DNA of 63,523 nt, the filler included, from Diploschistes diacapsis (lineage: Eukaryota): NCBI GenBank assembly GCA_023645945.1. It is 5 parts of 5 records of this genome, joined end to end, with 100 filler letters (N's around TTAATTAATTAA, not from the genome) between each part and the next. Parts side by side here need not be neighbours in the genome. Positions count along the whole stretch, not along the records: positions 16,253 to 47,292 come from JALAIB010000121.1; 4 more parts are not named here. One strand, given 5' to 3'. The notes below the pieces were generated by a model. The model was not told the origin of the DNA. It did not search any database and was given only the letters and a program-made list of their open reading frames with translations. Both the position numbers and the translations under genes were made by a program. Position 1 is the stretch's first letter; each line of letters opens with the position of its first letter. Shown here in pieces: positions 24,995 through 38,764 of the stretch.

Positions 24995-27900
24995 CGTTCT
25001 AAAGCTCAGGGGAAGTTTTACGGCAAAACAATTTGTATACAAAGTCATTAATTAGGCTTTACGATAAGAATGATTATTAAAGTACTGTATTTACATAAAA
25101 AGTTTAATGATGCTGAGATAGGCTTGTTTATTCTTTAGCCGCCCAGTTGCCCTTCTGATTACTTCCTAAATACCAATAGTTGAGTTTTTCTTACTTCCTC
25201 TCCTCTCTACCGAGTCCTTTTATACTGCTCTGTGAAAAAGGCACTATCGAATTTGCTTAGCTCCTTTCCACTGAATTTTACCTCGGTGATCCGGTAATCG
25301 TTGAGGCTCATCCTTCATATACATGGCTGCGTTCACTGGATATTTGTCCCATGTAAAGAGAAGCAAGGACTGGCTGGCCTAGAGTTAGGCACGTATGTTC
25401 ACAACTGGTGAAATCATCTGGGACTCAAGACAGTAATAACAAAGGCACCTGCAATACAAACACCTAAAGACTGTTTGGCTAACCATCTTATCGAGTGTTC
25501 TGAAACCGTTCGGCAATTATCCGCAATTCTGCATCAAAAGCTTAAACCTGGAAGAGACAGCTGGCGGTGGGATACACATACTGCTGATTGAATATAAAGG
25601 AATTCATTTTGCTCTATCTGCGACCGCTCTCGAAGCAGCTTTCGTTGCTCCTCTTCGTCACATTCTGAATTATCCTCTGCAGGGGCTCTATCGTGTTTCG
25701 CCTGAGCATGGATCGATAGAGTACTATATACACATGCTCAAGGAGCCCTTGGAACAGGCCCAAGATGGCCTTACATGTCAAACAGGGCCGGAAGTTGTCT
25801 TGCTAGGCTCCATGAGCGAGTATGTTACCATGATTGATGGATTGAATTAGCAAAGATTGCTCAGATGAAATCCAATTATAATCAATTCAAGATCCACGCC
25901 ACTAAGGCTTTGAAGCATTGTAACCCTTCAGCCTCGCGCATAGTGCTCTAATTTATAGGCCGCATCACATCTTCAGATCCTACCAAAACCATCCCCAGTC
26001 AACATTGTTCGGCCGCCTTCGTTCCGCTCTATAATGTGAAAGACACAATGTATCTCAGTATTGGTAGACAGGACGTAATTATGCCCGATTCGATTCGAGC
26101 TGCGCGTCGACCATGTAGACTAGAAAACGCCCGTATCACGTTGCAATTACGGACTGGCTATCTATGGCTGGCTCGTATATCGAGCTAGCGGAATCTTGAC
26201 GCCAGTTCCAAGGTTAGTCTACGATACAAGTTCTGGGACCTAGCGCATCTTAGTGTTAACTGATGCAAATATTCAAGCCGTCACGGTTGGGACTTGCGTG
26301 CCATTCATCTTCGCAAGAATGGAGTTTACATTATTGGCGACTTCAAACAAGGCTGCCCTTTCTTGCCAGCCTACAACTTATAAATCGGCGCCATTAACCC
26401 CCTTCATTGGTCCCTTGAAAGTATACTCGAACGCAGAAGACTTTTGAATCATGTTAGTACAAATTATGACGGTATCAATAAGTTTTATTCCTCTACTGAG
26501 AATTCATTTACGACCAGCTAGCTCCTAATTATTTTATACACCATGTCTTCGCTTCGAGACCTCTACTAGATGGTATCGCCGCTCGGGCTCAAATTTCGCA
26601 GAGAAACGAATAAAAGAGTGCAAAGCCTGACGGACAACGCGTCTCAGCTTCCCATGAGCGAGTCCCATGGTTTATGGTACTTCAATCAATGGACACTCGA
26701 GATGGGCGGCAAATGCTACAAGCTTTCCCCCAAAGACTTGAAATTCAAATCAATCAATGATATTTGGTATATATGTAGACAGCTCGAGAGCGATGCCGAA
26801 AATTGGCACAAGGAACGCCTCGAATATGGCTTTAAGCAGGAGACGAGAAAGGTTGGCCAGACGCGAATGATGCCGAAAGAGATCATGACCAAAGGTAAAT
26901 ATCGATACCGATAATTTGTCCTTGCTTTGACTTTCTTGTTACCAACTCTGGTGTTAACGTATGTTCCGCAGTCGATTTCATCCTGAACGGCCTTCATCAC
27001 AAATGTTATTACCTCTTCACCGCGAACTGTCAGAACTTCGTCTTGGCCCTTTGCTCCCGGATTGCAGCTCTGTGAGACGATATCCAGGTTACTGAGGCCG
27101 AGAGGGTATGCTGGCTGCCTCTCCCGACTCCTATCAGCTACACATTAGCCGACGTCTCCACGGGCTCACTTACCGGCGGTACTGGCATCGGCTTGAGAAA
27201 CGCTTACCTTGCTGCGCTGGCCGAATTCGCGCAGATTGCGGAAGCGGGAGAGGTTGCTGCTGCCGCTACCTCTGCTAGCGGATCTGTTTAGGGCACCGTG
27301 GCCATGGGGCATAGTGCCGCTACCGGAGGCACGGCACGGCCGGAAGTACTACTGTAAGAGCAGCGGGAAGCACCACTACGGGAACGGCTGGAGGCACTAC
27401 TACCGTCGGAGCTACCACAAGCGCAGCCGGGACTACTACACGAGCTGAGTGGCCAAGGCGCGGCGCATCGTGCCGGTGCCGACAAGTTCGCTGGCCTGGG
27501 TCACGCTGCGATGCATGGCATAGGCGCTGACAGCTTAGTCGTCATTGGCGCCGGGGCAGCGGTATTGAATCCCGTCGCAGGTCTCGCGGTAGGGACTACG
27601 GTCGTGGGCCTACTAACCATTGCTGCTTATGGCATAGGGTGACATCAGCTGGCTGAAACGGGCAATGGGCCAAAGGCGCCATTTTTGACTGACTCTGATG
27701 ATAAGAATGGATCGGGGGATGGCCAGAGCGAGTCCGACTATCTAGAAGCTCAAGACCTTGTGCAGCTGGAGGGCCATTTTTTGGATCAGATGGAGAGGAA
27801 TAAGGATCAGAGCAAGAGGACGTGGACGAGGGGGTTACGGAACTGGAAAGTCTAAGGATGAGGCTGATGGACTCGGCGGAGAGTCTGAAATCGCTACATA

Positions 27901-28418
27901 TTAACATCACGCTGTCGATCAAGATAGATGGGACAGTTTCGTTGAAAGGCAAAGATGTACTGGGGTCACATTCCAAAAGCGCGCAAACTTCAGTTTGAAT
28001 CACGGAGGGTGTTGGCTGCTTTGAGTATCTAACCATTCATTTTCTTGAACCCTTCCCACGTTGTCGGGGACCAGGATTAATTCTGTTTTCTACTTTGCTT
28101 CTTGGCGATCTGGTCCATTACTATTAGGATATCAGGAACAGCAATTTCGCTAATGGTTGATGTGCATATACGGTCATGTGGCTCATCTACTACCATTTAG
28201 CTCTGATTCGGAGCTCGTAGCACAAGACACTTTATGAAAGATTCAGGCATACTGTCGTCGATTAGACTCAAGGTTGGAGGTGCTCAATACCCTGAATGTA
28301 ACTAACCTCGCTTTCTCGGAAGCCTATCCCGTCGGCTAATTCCATATGGGTAGGAGTATGGAAACGGAGTAGGGCATCGACCCATAAGCAGGACTAATGA
28401 TGGAATCTAATCGCAAGG

Positions 28419-29526
28419 GTGCAACTGAATCTTTTGCTGCAACTGTGCCTACTAATGATTGAGCATGGCGCATTTTATAAGAGCATATACGACTGCGAAG
28501 GCATCAAATCCTGCCGCGCCCATGGAAAGGACAACGAAGAGCATAACCAAGATTCTTCTCACAAGCATCAAGATGGACGCCATTCCCACTCCAACGGCAT
28601 CCATAGCCATGGCCATCACAACGACCAACGCATAGACGCAGGTCCCGTCCCGGCTCCACCTTGCAGCAACGTAAACACGACGCCTTACAGCACCTCTCCT
28701 CAACCTCCCTGCGCTCAAACTTCCCAAGCCCAAGGAACACGCTCAAGCCCAGTACAACAGCGACGATCGACCTAGCCACGGTGACCACTCCCACGGTAAA
28801 CGCAAAAATGACAAGCACGCTGAGGACCTCACAACTGCTGCCGCCCACGCAAAAGCCGATCAGCAGTATCAGGAATACCAACACTACCAGCAAATGCAGG
28901 CAGAAGTGCGGTTGTCGCAGAATAGACAGCAGCAGGGACCGCAGCACCAGTACCAGCAGCTTCTCCCCTCCAAACGTCCTGTACGCCCAGTGCGCCTAGC
29001 CCCTGCACCAACAGCAACCGCCGCCAAATAAGCCGTATCAGTACCACCAGCCCCCGCCCGCGTACTCGGCGCGCCAGCCGGAATGCAAGTAACCATCGCA
29101 ACAGCTATCTATATTATTAACAGCCGCTGCAACAGTCACACTAGCAGTCCCAACAATCTTTCCAGTAGCCCCAACAAGTCGTACTATCAGCAGCAGCCGC
29201 CGGTGAGCACCGACAACCCCTTTCCGGCCCCCCCTCCGCCATTAAGCCAATGGCCGGCGTACCAGAACCAGCCCTCCTCCCAACAGGGAAACCTGGCACC
29301 AAATATGACGTACCCGGGAAACAAGTCCGGGTTTTTTTATGCGCCGAACCCAAATAATCCTTATTTGCAGGAACCGGGGCTTGGCCAAGGACAAGTGGGG
29401 GTTGAAGGGAGGAAAGGAGTATGGACAGGAGTAGAAAGCGATCACCGGGGGGCGATGTGTTTGGAGGGAATGTGCAGATCGATGGGGGGATTTGATGGGA
29501 GGGGGAGTAGGAAGAGGAGGGTTTGA
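28419..29526 (+). pseudogene. Degenerate His/Gln/Pro-rich protein gene
   Basis: Coding-like low-complexity segments (HSHSNGIHSHGHH; DQQYQEYQHYQQMQ; PLHQQQPPPNKPYQYHQPPPAYS; YYQQQPP) lie in different frames with TAG interruptions. Confidence 0.4.
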
Positions 29527-31505
29527 GGCGGGTATTTGAGTATCAAAGTAAGCGTAAAAAGCGGCGTGGTGGGCAGGTGAATAGGAGGAGGGTATTGGGC
29601 AGGGTGCTTCGACTTGTCTTGGGTCCATAATGCCAAATAGTTGCTTTTCATGATTAGCTATAGATGCATGGTGAACCCCCCAATCCTGTACATTCGCACA
29701 CTATATGTTGTGGCAAGTGGTTGGTATTTCTTGACCTTCGTATCGCGGGCCTCAGACACGGTAGGGAAAGCGACGTCGCCATCTATCAGGCAGGTACCCA
29801 GCTCCTTCATCTGCACTGAATATGCAAACTAACCCTCCTAATCCCATCCTACCACCACGCACACCATCAATTGTAGCTTCCTCTTACAATCACAATCTCG
29901 TAACAATTATCCCTCCATCCCTCCATCCCCTCTTCCCTCACCGTTACGCTCTCTCCACCCTCCTTCTACCCTCGTCCTTCAGTCCACCAGCTCAACGACA
30001 ACCCCATGAAAAAAAACTGCATCTACATACCCACATATTAGCCTATCCTTATGACCGAACCACCCTATTCTCGACTCTAACTCAGCTGGAAGAGTGTTCG
30101 ACTGTAATGGCCCCCCCAAAAAAAGCATATATAATAAATAGTCTACTGCAATGTCCCGCTGTTCGACCCGATGAGCTGGGATCCATTTTCGTTTACCTGT
30201 CGATAGATGGGACCCTGATCGTTTTGCGCTTGGGGGGGTGGCGCAGGTACTGCTTTGCGGTCAGAGGCTGGGGGTTTTTCCCGGTGCTTTTGTAGTTCTG
30301 CTGACTGGCACCAGCACCAGCACCAGCACCAGCACTAGCGAATCGGGGGTTCGCTGTGTTAGGTAGCTGTTATTATTTGCATCCGTGGATGTTTGCAGGC
30401 CTTGAAGAAAGTGATGGATGTGTATGAAGCACGGGGCTAGGTTCTCGTGTGTGTGCGACTTGGGTTTTCTTTTCTAGGGTCCCGCTATTATGGAATGGGG
30501 GTTTTTTGCTGGATATAATACCACGTGCCACCACGGATTTTTCACGAAAGGAGATCGGGAGATGATGATGTTGGGCTGTTTTTTTCAGGCAAGACGTGTG
30601 ACAAGACCTGCTTTTATAAGGCCTATGCTAGTTCAAATATCAGCAAGAGATGTCAGTATGTACATCCTGCTTTGTAGGGCTGATCTCTTCTGCCTGCAAA
30701 CAAAGCCACCACAGGACGCTCCATCGGCTGCGCCAAATAACCCATCCATCTCTCCTGGAGGATCTGGGCCGATATTGTCATAACTATCATTAGTGCATGC
30801 GGCAGCAATGCCCGTTTTTGGTCAAGCATGTCCTTTCCGGGACTGAGCTTACAGGTATGCTGCATCTTTGATTCTGCCAAAGGCCCGATCTGATGGTGCC
30901 GCAGCCATAGTCTCGGTCGTGCATGATCTTAATAAGGCGTGAGTTAGAGAGGCGCCGTAGGTTAACGGGGGATTATGTGGCACTCAGCCCCTATATTCAG
31001 CCAAGGGATATGCTTTTCAGGATCGCTGCGAACGAGCGGTCATCTTGTCGGAGTCCTGTCGCATGTCGGTCCACAAGTTGCAAATACCTTTGGGCTGCGT
31101 ACGTTGCACCTTTATGGGCGGAACGCACACGTCAAGGCGATGTGACTATGGTGTGTACTTCTGGTTCAGTACTTGGCGATCACCCCAGGGTCAGAAGCTA
31201 ATACGGCTAGCGTATGTGGTCACCACATCAGGATCCACGTTGGAGGTGATTTGAGCAGCTTCGCTGAGAAAACCACAGGATAGATTTTGTGTCCTTCAGG
31301 ACTGTAGAACTAACGACAGGCACTTCAAAGCAGTCCCGGGACGTCGAAATGCTGAAGCGACGCATCGAACAAAGCTATTGATTAGAGAGATCGGAAGTGC
31401 CGAGAAGGCAAGATGCCATGATGAAGAGAGGATTCGCTCGGAAGAGGTAGTGTCTCCTCGCGGTCTTGTTTAGGCAGATCCTGAAGCATCTGGCGGTATA
31501 GCAAA

Positions 31506-33519
31506 TCACTTGCTGCTCTGCTCTAAGTATGAACTTGAGCCTGTCCAAACATTCCATTTGGCTGTTCGATCGAGCTTCGCAGATTCGTCTATGTATTCAT
31601 TAGCTACATTAAGTAATTCACTGGCACTGTACCGCCATACCTTTGCCATCCTCTCCATGGTGCCATACCCCATTGATCGCCCCATTAGCGCGAGCGTTGC
31701 TTTGGCCCACGCACGCTTGTCTTCGGGAATGCCAAAAGCTGCGGCCATGATGCACAATGATTCTGATGCCGTTATGTGTGCCTGCTGTGTCAGCGGACGG
31801 GCTGCTCGACCTGCTTTTCCATTCAGGGTATACTTGTCGAAGCAGTACGATGTGCAGTACGATGTGCTTTCACGAATCTCTTCGCTTATGATCCTGATAT
31901 TCTTTGTGCGCTGTCTTTTCAACGGACTGTGACGGCGAGCTTACCAAGTGGCGATTCCGCATGGGCCCCACGAATACCCTGCTCGCGATAAGCTGGTAGG
32001 TTCTGTAGGTATTCCATCCTATTGCAGGGTGCAGATTAGGATATCTGTGAGTGACTTCACCATATAATATACTGTGACCATCGACTAACTCTGGGCTGCT
32101 CATTAGTGTTGGACCGGCCGCTTGCACAGTGTATTTCCAATCCATTGGGAGTGAAGCTCTCCAAGTACTGAGACTCCCATTGATAGCCGACGCCATGACG
32201 ATACCCTGTGTATCATATTTGAGCTGGAGCTCCTCTGCCTCAGATTTCGCGCCCACTTGTAGACCTCGTAGGATGGGAGGTGCGCGGGCCCGCAGCCGAA
32301 CAAGCTGAACAGCACATTCATCGAGTTCGAGAGCAAGGCCCTTTCTCCGAGCCTCGCTGTATCTTCTGACCGCTCTGATAGAGGAATAGCTCGTTGTATG
32401 CGAGAACACATGTTTGACGGCATTTAGTTAACACTTCAATATTCTGTGATATTGGCTATGATATTTACAACCTGGAGCCGTACCATCCTATCCATCGACA
32501 AATCTCTGGCATGACTTGTCGCGGCTCTGCTCTCAATCTTTGATGATACGCATTGTTGCATCCCTATATTTAAAGCCATCTGTGAACCATGCACTTGATC
32601 CAGACCCAGTCCTAAGATCCTTCATAAGCTGTCAGCACAAATTCAAAGTGTCAGTCCATGTGCCAAACCAAGTGACCAACATGACCTCAAAGAGTGAAGT
32701 GGGTAGTTCCTGGTAGCGAACGAATATTGCAAGATCATTGCTGTACAACAAGGCGTGGAGGCTCGAAACTTCACCTTTGAGACCGCTAAAGAAGGGGACA
32801 TCTCGTACCGTGAAAGCTGCCAGGAGCATCACTGATATCAAGAATTGATCGGTCGTGGTTCTCCTCAAATCCTCCACGGCCGCTTTCGTAGTTTAAGTGC
32901 TGCAAGGTATTTCTGGTCTGCAGCCGTAATGGAAGCCGTATTGGAGGTCTTGCGGCCAAATACCAGCACTGTGTTCGCGCCTGACGCCAAATCCAGAATG
33001 GGCTCCGGCCTTGATTGCTTTAGGTAGATATCTTTGATGGAGCTATGAAGGCTTTCCAGCAAACACTCAAAAAATTTCAGAAACCGCTGCGTATAGTAAG
33101 AGAACGCTTGACCTTCCAGAGACCTGTCATGCTTCGCTCCAGAGCTTGGGAGGTAGATTTGGGGTGTTGGCCCTAGAGAGAACCGAAGACGGCTTCGATT
33201 TCGCTCGCTTATGGACCGACAACGACAACGGTGAAGCATTAGCAGAATCTTGCTATCCGCATGGACCACGCCGCGGCGCATCACCAGCAAAGCTGTTCTT
33301 ATCTCTGAAAGCTAAGCCTGAACGTTCACTGTCATATCCGCCGCAATTTCTTTCTGCCTTCTCACACTGATGACAACTAGGCCTGCCTTGGCTACACTGG
33401 TATTGTGTCGGACTGAGATTATAGCGACAGACGTGGTAATGTTGCAAGAGTACGGTTGGACGACCAACCTCGATTCGCCGTGACCTGCAGGCATGGCATT
33501 CCTTACTCAGGAAGGGCAT
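31506..33519 (-). pseudogene. Zn(II)2Cys6 transcription factor pseudogene
   Basis: MPFLSKECHACRSRRIE | intron | CSQGRPSCHQCEKAERNCGGY..LAFRD, then in-frame TAG at 33253-55. Downstream family-like pieces (DQFLISVMLLA, LSTWRASLPMDW, WNTYRTYQL, MGRSMGYG) are in different frames. Confidence 0.72.
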
Positions 33520-33845
33520 GGTCTGGAGTTGTATGATACTGCAATCCACACTCAATTTCTGCTCTGTGGTAGAGCGGTTCCCATGACACGACGTCCGACT
33601 TTGGCCGCTTCTACGTTCCAAAGCGAAGTAGATGCTTGATTGGGATTCATCATCAGGGAGTTTCTCAAGTTGATAAATCAGAAAATGCCTTCGCATCTTT
33701 GAGACTGGAACTTCAAAGAATTGTAAACATGCGCATCCGCAAAACCTGAAGAGCACTGCAAATTTGGTACCGAGGTTGAAGATGCAGTTTAAGAGATCAA
33801 TGAGCCTCTAGAAAATCCATAACAAGAAGCACAGCCGCAAACTCC

Positions 33846-34373
33846 TCATTCCTGAGACCGAGGACGATCGGAATGATCGCCTTTAGAGGATAGTCGTTGA
33901 GTTGGCGCGGCGCGGCTAGCTTTCGTCGAAAATTGCACTCGCTGTGCCAACTTGACGAAATTTAGGAGGCGCGCCATTTCCATTTCAAGATCGTCTTGCT
34001 TGGCCAAGATAGCCGACTTGAAAGGATGAATCTCCAGCGTCCCTCTTAAGGATCGCTTTTTTCCCCTGTCTAGCCGTTTGCCATATTGGTCGTAGCCATG
34101 CGCCATCAGCGTCTCCCTAAAGGTTTGACGTAGTCGCCTACAGGCCTTGTTACGGACCACTTTTTTGTCCGCTAAGAAATTCCCAGACACAAGCTGCCAT
34201 AGACTATTCGAGTCACGCTGGGAGACATTCTCCTTCAATTTCGCATGCAGTGGATGTGAGTTTGTCTCGATAATTTGAGCAGTGAGACTGGCGAGCCTTG
34301 GGTTTGGGTAGTATTTGATGTGAAAGTTGTTGAATTTCGGACTTGGAGAGCTTCCGGCGTAGAACTTTTTCAT
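33846..34373 (-). CDS. Basic 175-aa hypothetical protein with an RnpA-like (RNase P protein) helix motif
   Basis: Intronless ORF; KKVVRNKACRRLRQTFRE resembles the K-x-A-V-x-R-N-R-x-K-R-x-L-R-E signature. Motif similarity only. Confidence 0.6.
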   Translation of the reverse strand: MKKFYAGSSPSPKFNNFHIKYYPNPRLASLTAQIIETNSHPLHAKLKENVSQRDSNSLWQLVSGNFLADKKVVRNKACRRLRQTFRETLMAHGYDQYGKRLDRGKKRSLRGTLEIHPFKSAILAKQDDLEMEMARLLNFVKLAQRVQFSTKASRAAPTQRLSSKGDHSDRPRSQE

Positions 34374-34799
34374 ACTTTTGGCGCATTAGGAAACAGACAT
34401 TCAATGGACTGAGTTTTCAAGATGCATGCGAGGACAAACGCCATGTAAGCCTTTGCAAAAGGAATGAAAGATGTACTTTGCCGAGTTTTAACACGTAGTC
34501 ACGTGAGCTTACCCTACTGGGCAAATCTCTGTGTTCACCTAAATGTACAACTGAATGGCTTTGCTATATTTGCTATGATCAAGGTAAAGAGCCGAATCGA
34601 GAACTCTGGTTCTTCATTCGCTAGATTTCTTGTTTACCCGTCCTTGCATTTGAACATTAAGAGTATGCGGCAGGCTTTCATTGGATTCATGGGTATCATC
34701 TTGTATGCGGTAGCATAAACACTGCAGCGCTCGACTCTGTCCACCCGCTACTCGTTCCCCTAAAAAAACAAAAACCGGTGTATGACTGGCTCAGAATCA

Positions 34800-37754
34800 T
34801 TACTCGTCTATGATGTTCTTGTTGAAGAAGCGATGTATCTGGGCCCCAACCTGCTTCCCCACCAGCTCATGAAGGGTTTCTTCAGGTAAGTTGCTGAGCG
34901 TCACCATGTCTTCAACTTCCAACGTTATTCGGCTGAGGTTCTTTCCCGTTATACCAGGCACTGCTCGCAGCAGATCCTGTGGTGTCTGATTGAAACTTTG
35001 TTCCCCCGGGTTTTCACCAGCATCCAACCCAATCTGGACTGCTTTGATCGGGTCGGGTTCATCCTGGTTTTTCTTCAACTCTTCGAAGATCTCGGCGCTC
35101 TGGTACGGCGAGGAAGACCAGATTATCTTGAGTCGAGGAAAAGCAATTGTAAGCATGACGATCTTAGACTGAATGTCTTGGGAGCTCGAGGTAATTGTGG
35201 TAGGCAATGAAGACTCGGCGAACGGATCTAAAGTAAAGGACTTGTTCTGATCGAATTCGATGAGCAGCATTGGGTTCTTGTAATGCTGTAGCATTTTTTC
35301 AGCCTGATTGAAGAGTCTTCCGTTCTTGAACGAGGATATTAGATCTCGGACTGACTTTCGCTCGATGCAAATATTTGGTGAAAGAACATAGTCGGCCACT
35401 GTAAGCATGCAAGGAATGACTATCATAGACCGTCCATGGAGTAGGGAGGGGAGGGAAGAACTGAACTCTCGGACATCTACAACGGTTATCGGTGGTTTCG
35501 CAGTAGCGGTGAGCCGCCCTCCTCCGGCGATCCTAGTATTGACTGTGCGCAAGAACTGTTCCTGTGGATCTGCAACAGCTGCATCATGGTTGATGGTCAT
35601 GGACATGGTCTGTAGCCTGTTAGCGGTAGAGCTATCAATCAGAAAAAGCACTATACCCCTCGTTCCTTGATTAACTTCGTGAAAGCGTCTTTCTCCCTTC
35701 GAACGGCACTCAGATATCGCTGCTCCTCCACAGAGCCTCCATAGTACATAAAGTAAACTTTGATGTTCCGGTCGCTGTGAGAGCTTCGATACACTTCGAC
35801 CCTGCGTATAAACGCTGCATCTGGCTCGTACATTATGACGTACCTGGGCCGGACCTCTTCCAGCAACTGTTCATCCATGTCTCCATCGTACGGATGCACG
35901 ACGACAAGGTCATCCATGAATAAAAGCTCAAAGTAGTCTTCAATGTTTTCAAGATCGTCGACTATGATCTCCTCTTTTGGTTCTATCTCTTGTCCAGTCG
36001 ATTGTACGCCAGCCATTAACTCTGCTACTTGCGCTTCTTTTTCTGCGGCTGCACCGATGCCACCATCCAAAGGCCTCCCACCGCCAGCTGCAGCCGCAGA
36101 GCCCCCTCGAAGCCTCCTCCGCTTGTTTGGGGGAGGCTTCCCTCGGTAGGCTCCGCTTGCTCCTCGTTGGTCCGTGAACCCATCCAGGGCCTTCTGATTC
36201 TCCGAAAAGAGCGCTGCGCTCACCTTGGTGAAGTATTGCTTCCAGCTTAGGTAGTCTCGGAGCCGCCGTCGCATCATCAGCCGAGCTGAGGCTTGCGCTT
36301 TTTTACTCTCTTCTTCTTTACCTTCTTCTGTCGCCTCTTCTCTGACATCCTTCGTCTGCAGATACTGCCTGATTTGTCTGCAGGTGCTTTGATCAATGCA
36401 CATGATCAGTATAGTTCCATTGGAGTCGTCCCTGACTGTTGGATTCAAGTAGGCATCCATTTCAATCTCCTCAAGGATTTCTGCGAGCAAGGCCCACTTT
36501 GGCTGTTCTTCCAACACTGGGCGTAAAGAGTCAGGGATATTGCCGTTTGCTGGAGTTACAGGCGCTACTTTGCCAGTATAGACCCTTCGCTTAGCTGTCT
36601 CGAAAATGGTATTTGCGGCATCGAGGAAAAGCCACGGGGATTGGTTCTGGCGGGTTGAGCCTGGTGGAGGCTGATGTGCTGCTAAGATCGTATCCATGTA
36701 TTTGTTAAACGACACGGCATCGTAAGTGAGCAGAGCACTTGATCAATATTAGCTCCCGTGAGGTTTGTATCGGATTAGACACACTGACTGCAGCATCGAA
36801 CGCAACACTGCGAGATCACCGACTATTTGCCGAGTCTTGAAGGTGGTCCGGTGCCAAACTGGGTCAAGCTGACGTCGAATTAACACGTCAAAGTTCTTGT
36901 GCAGAGCGCTCTCAAGCGTCCAGTCTTCGATGTCGAGTCCAGTCCCGGACTTTCGGAGTTCTGAGATGCTAATCTCAACGCACTCGAGAATGGCGTTCTG
37001 TATCTCTCTCATGCTATCCGTCATCGGCACATCAAACTCAATCACCTCGGCCTTTTTGCGGCCCTCGAGTGACTTCGCGACTGTCGCGTGAAAACGAGGC
37101 CACAGCGAAGGCTTTCGCAGGAAAAGATTTCGCATAGTAGAAGTCAGGGGAGAGAAGCCTGTGGCCAGTGGTTCAGGATTGTCCGAAAAAGCCTTCAGAA
37201 ATCCGCTCTTGTTGTTCTGCCGATAGACTCGTGCAATAAAGGCTTCGACAGATGTCGCCGTTACTTTCTCAGCATGTAGAACTAGCAACCCAGTGATCAT
37301 CTCCGGGTTGAGCAATTTCGAGAGCAGATCGACTATCAATATCCTCGAAGTGATGCTGAATATGCCACCTTGAGAGTACATCTTCTCTCGGGCACCGACG
37401 TTGAACATATCGGTATTGACCTGGGTGAGCCCCCTAGCAAGGGGTAATCTACTAGTGGCTGCATGCTCGGCCAGAGCCTCCCCTATCCAGCCATTTTCTC
37501 TATCCTCGGCCCCTACGATGACAATAAGATTATTTCCCACAGCATCGTAGGAATGTAGCAAGTTGGTGACAACGCGCAGGGAGCCAAGCCCGCGTGCCAA
37601 CACAACGAGTCCATCTTCAGCGCGAAGCTCGGAGAAGAGATCCTGCTGGTATTCCTTGCACCTGTAAGCATCGTTTTTCCGCGATGCAATCTAACAGACC
37701 TACTAGAGGCAACGAGAGCTTGACCGAGGGAGCTTTTGTCGAGTTTGAAGTCAT
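34800..37754 (-). CDS. RAD1: XPF/ERCC4 structure-specific endonuclease (Rad1/Rad16/MEI-9), 4 exons
   Basis: KLSLPL|EYQQDLF..LARGLG, ITSRILIVDLL, LWPRFH, VLEEQPKW, FIRRVEVYR, YGGSVEEQRYL, VDVREFSS..DYVLSPNICIERKS (ERCC4 nuclease motif) and HhH LRAVPGI. Confidence 0.96.
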
Positions 37755-37944
37755 TTGGTCCTCCGGTAAGGATGACAAACGACGAGAAAGAAAGAAAAAA
37801 AGTATTCTAGATCCTCACGATCTCGCTTATCTAGCAAGTCTTGGCAGCACCTCACTCCGGTTTGAAGCGATTCGCAGCTTGCGTTCCCATCCACACCCCC
37901 CACCAAAGCGTGAAGGATCGCTCGCCAATGGTTGGGCTGCTCAG
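37755..37944. promoter_or_regulatory. Probable bidirectional promoter shared by RAD1 and GEP4
   Basis: Only 190 bp separate two divergent start codons (37754 and 37945). Confidence 0.6.
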
Positions 37945-38764
37945 ATGTCCAATCTCAACCTCTCAGGCACCTTCAATGTTTTCAAGCTGCTTTTCAATCC
38001 ATCCCTATGCCTCCCCCACGCCGCGGTCTCCAGCTTTAATCAGCTTCCTATACCTGTTACGAGAGCCTTCGGTCCGGGTGAGAAGAGAACCCGTGTCGAT
38101 ATCCGCGCTATAGTCCTTGACAAGGACAATTGCTTTGCGAAAGCAGGCAAGAATAGTGTACACGATGAATACAAGGTCGGTCATCTTTCTCCTTGTGCGT
38201 GGTTGCGGGCGCAAGCTGTGTGCTAACGAAAGCCTACAGAGACACTTTTCTTCCCTCATGAAGACCTACGAGCCGTCACGGGGCCGACTGCTTATAGTGT
38301 CAAATTCCGCCGGTACCACATCTGTCGACCCTTCCGCTAGGGATGCCAACCAGCTTGAGCTCAATACTGGCGTGCCAGTACTCCTGCATAACGGGAAGAA
38401 GCCTGGCTGTGGGCCTGAGATTATGGAATACTTCCGGAAGCATCCCGAATCTGGAGTCACACATCCGAGCCAGGTCTGTATCGTAGGTGACCGGCTTTTC
38501 ACGGATATCATGATGGCAAACATGATGGGCTCATGGGGTATTTGGATACGCGATGGAGTTGAGTACGATCAGGGCGTAGTGAGTAGACCTTAAGGCTTGG
38601 TTGGATGCACATGTAGAAAGGAGGAAGTTCTTGGAGATTTGACAGCACAACATCACTGATATTTGGAACCGCAGTTTGCTCGCTTTGAAAAGAGCCTCTA
38701 TGGATACTTACAGCGCCGCGGACATTCGCCGCCTGAGCCAAAGAACCCCTTTGAGGGGGCGTAG
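37945..38764 (+). CDS. GEP4: Mitochondrial phosphatidylglycerophosphatase (HAD IIIA), 3 exons
   Basis: MSNLNLSG..PSLCLPH, IRAIVLDKDNCF, LLIVSNSAGT, KKPGC, VGDRLFTDIMMAN. Introns 38176-38239 and 38579-~38674; last exon FARFEKSLYGYL..NPFEGA*. Confidence 0.92.

Noticed and set aside
25320..27560. Possible gene(s), including ORF 26570-26914 and a Thr/Gly/Ala repeat at ~27330-27445
   Set aside because: Coding-like, but I could not build a consistent model or recognise a family.
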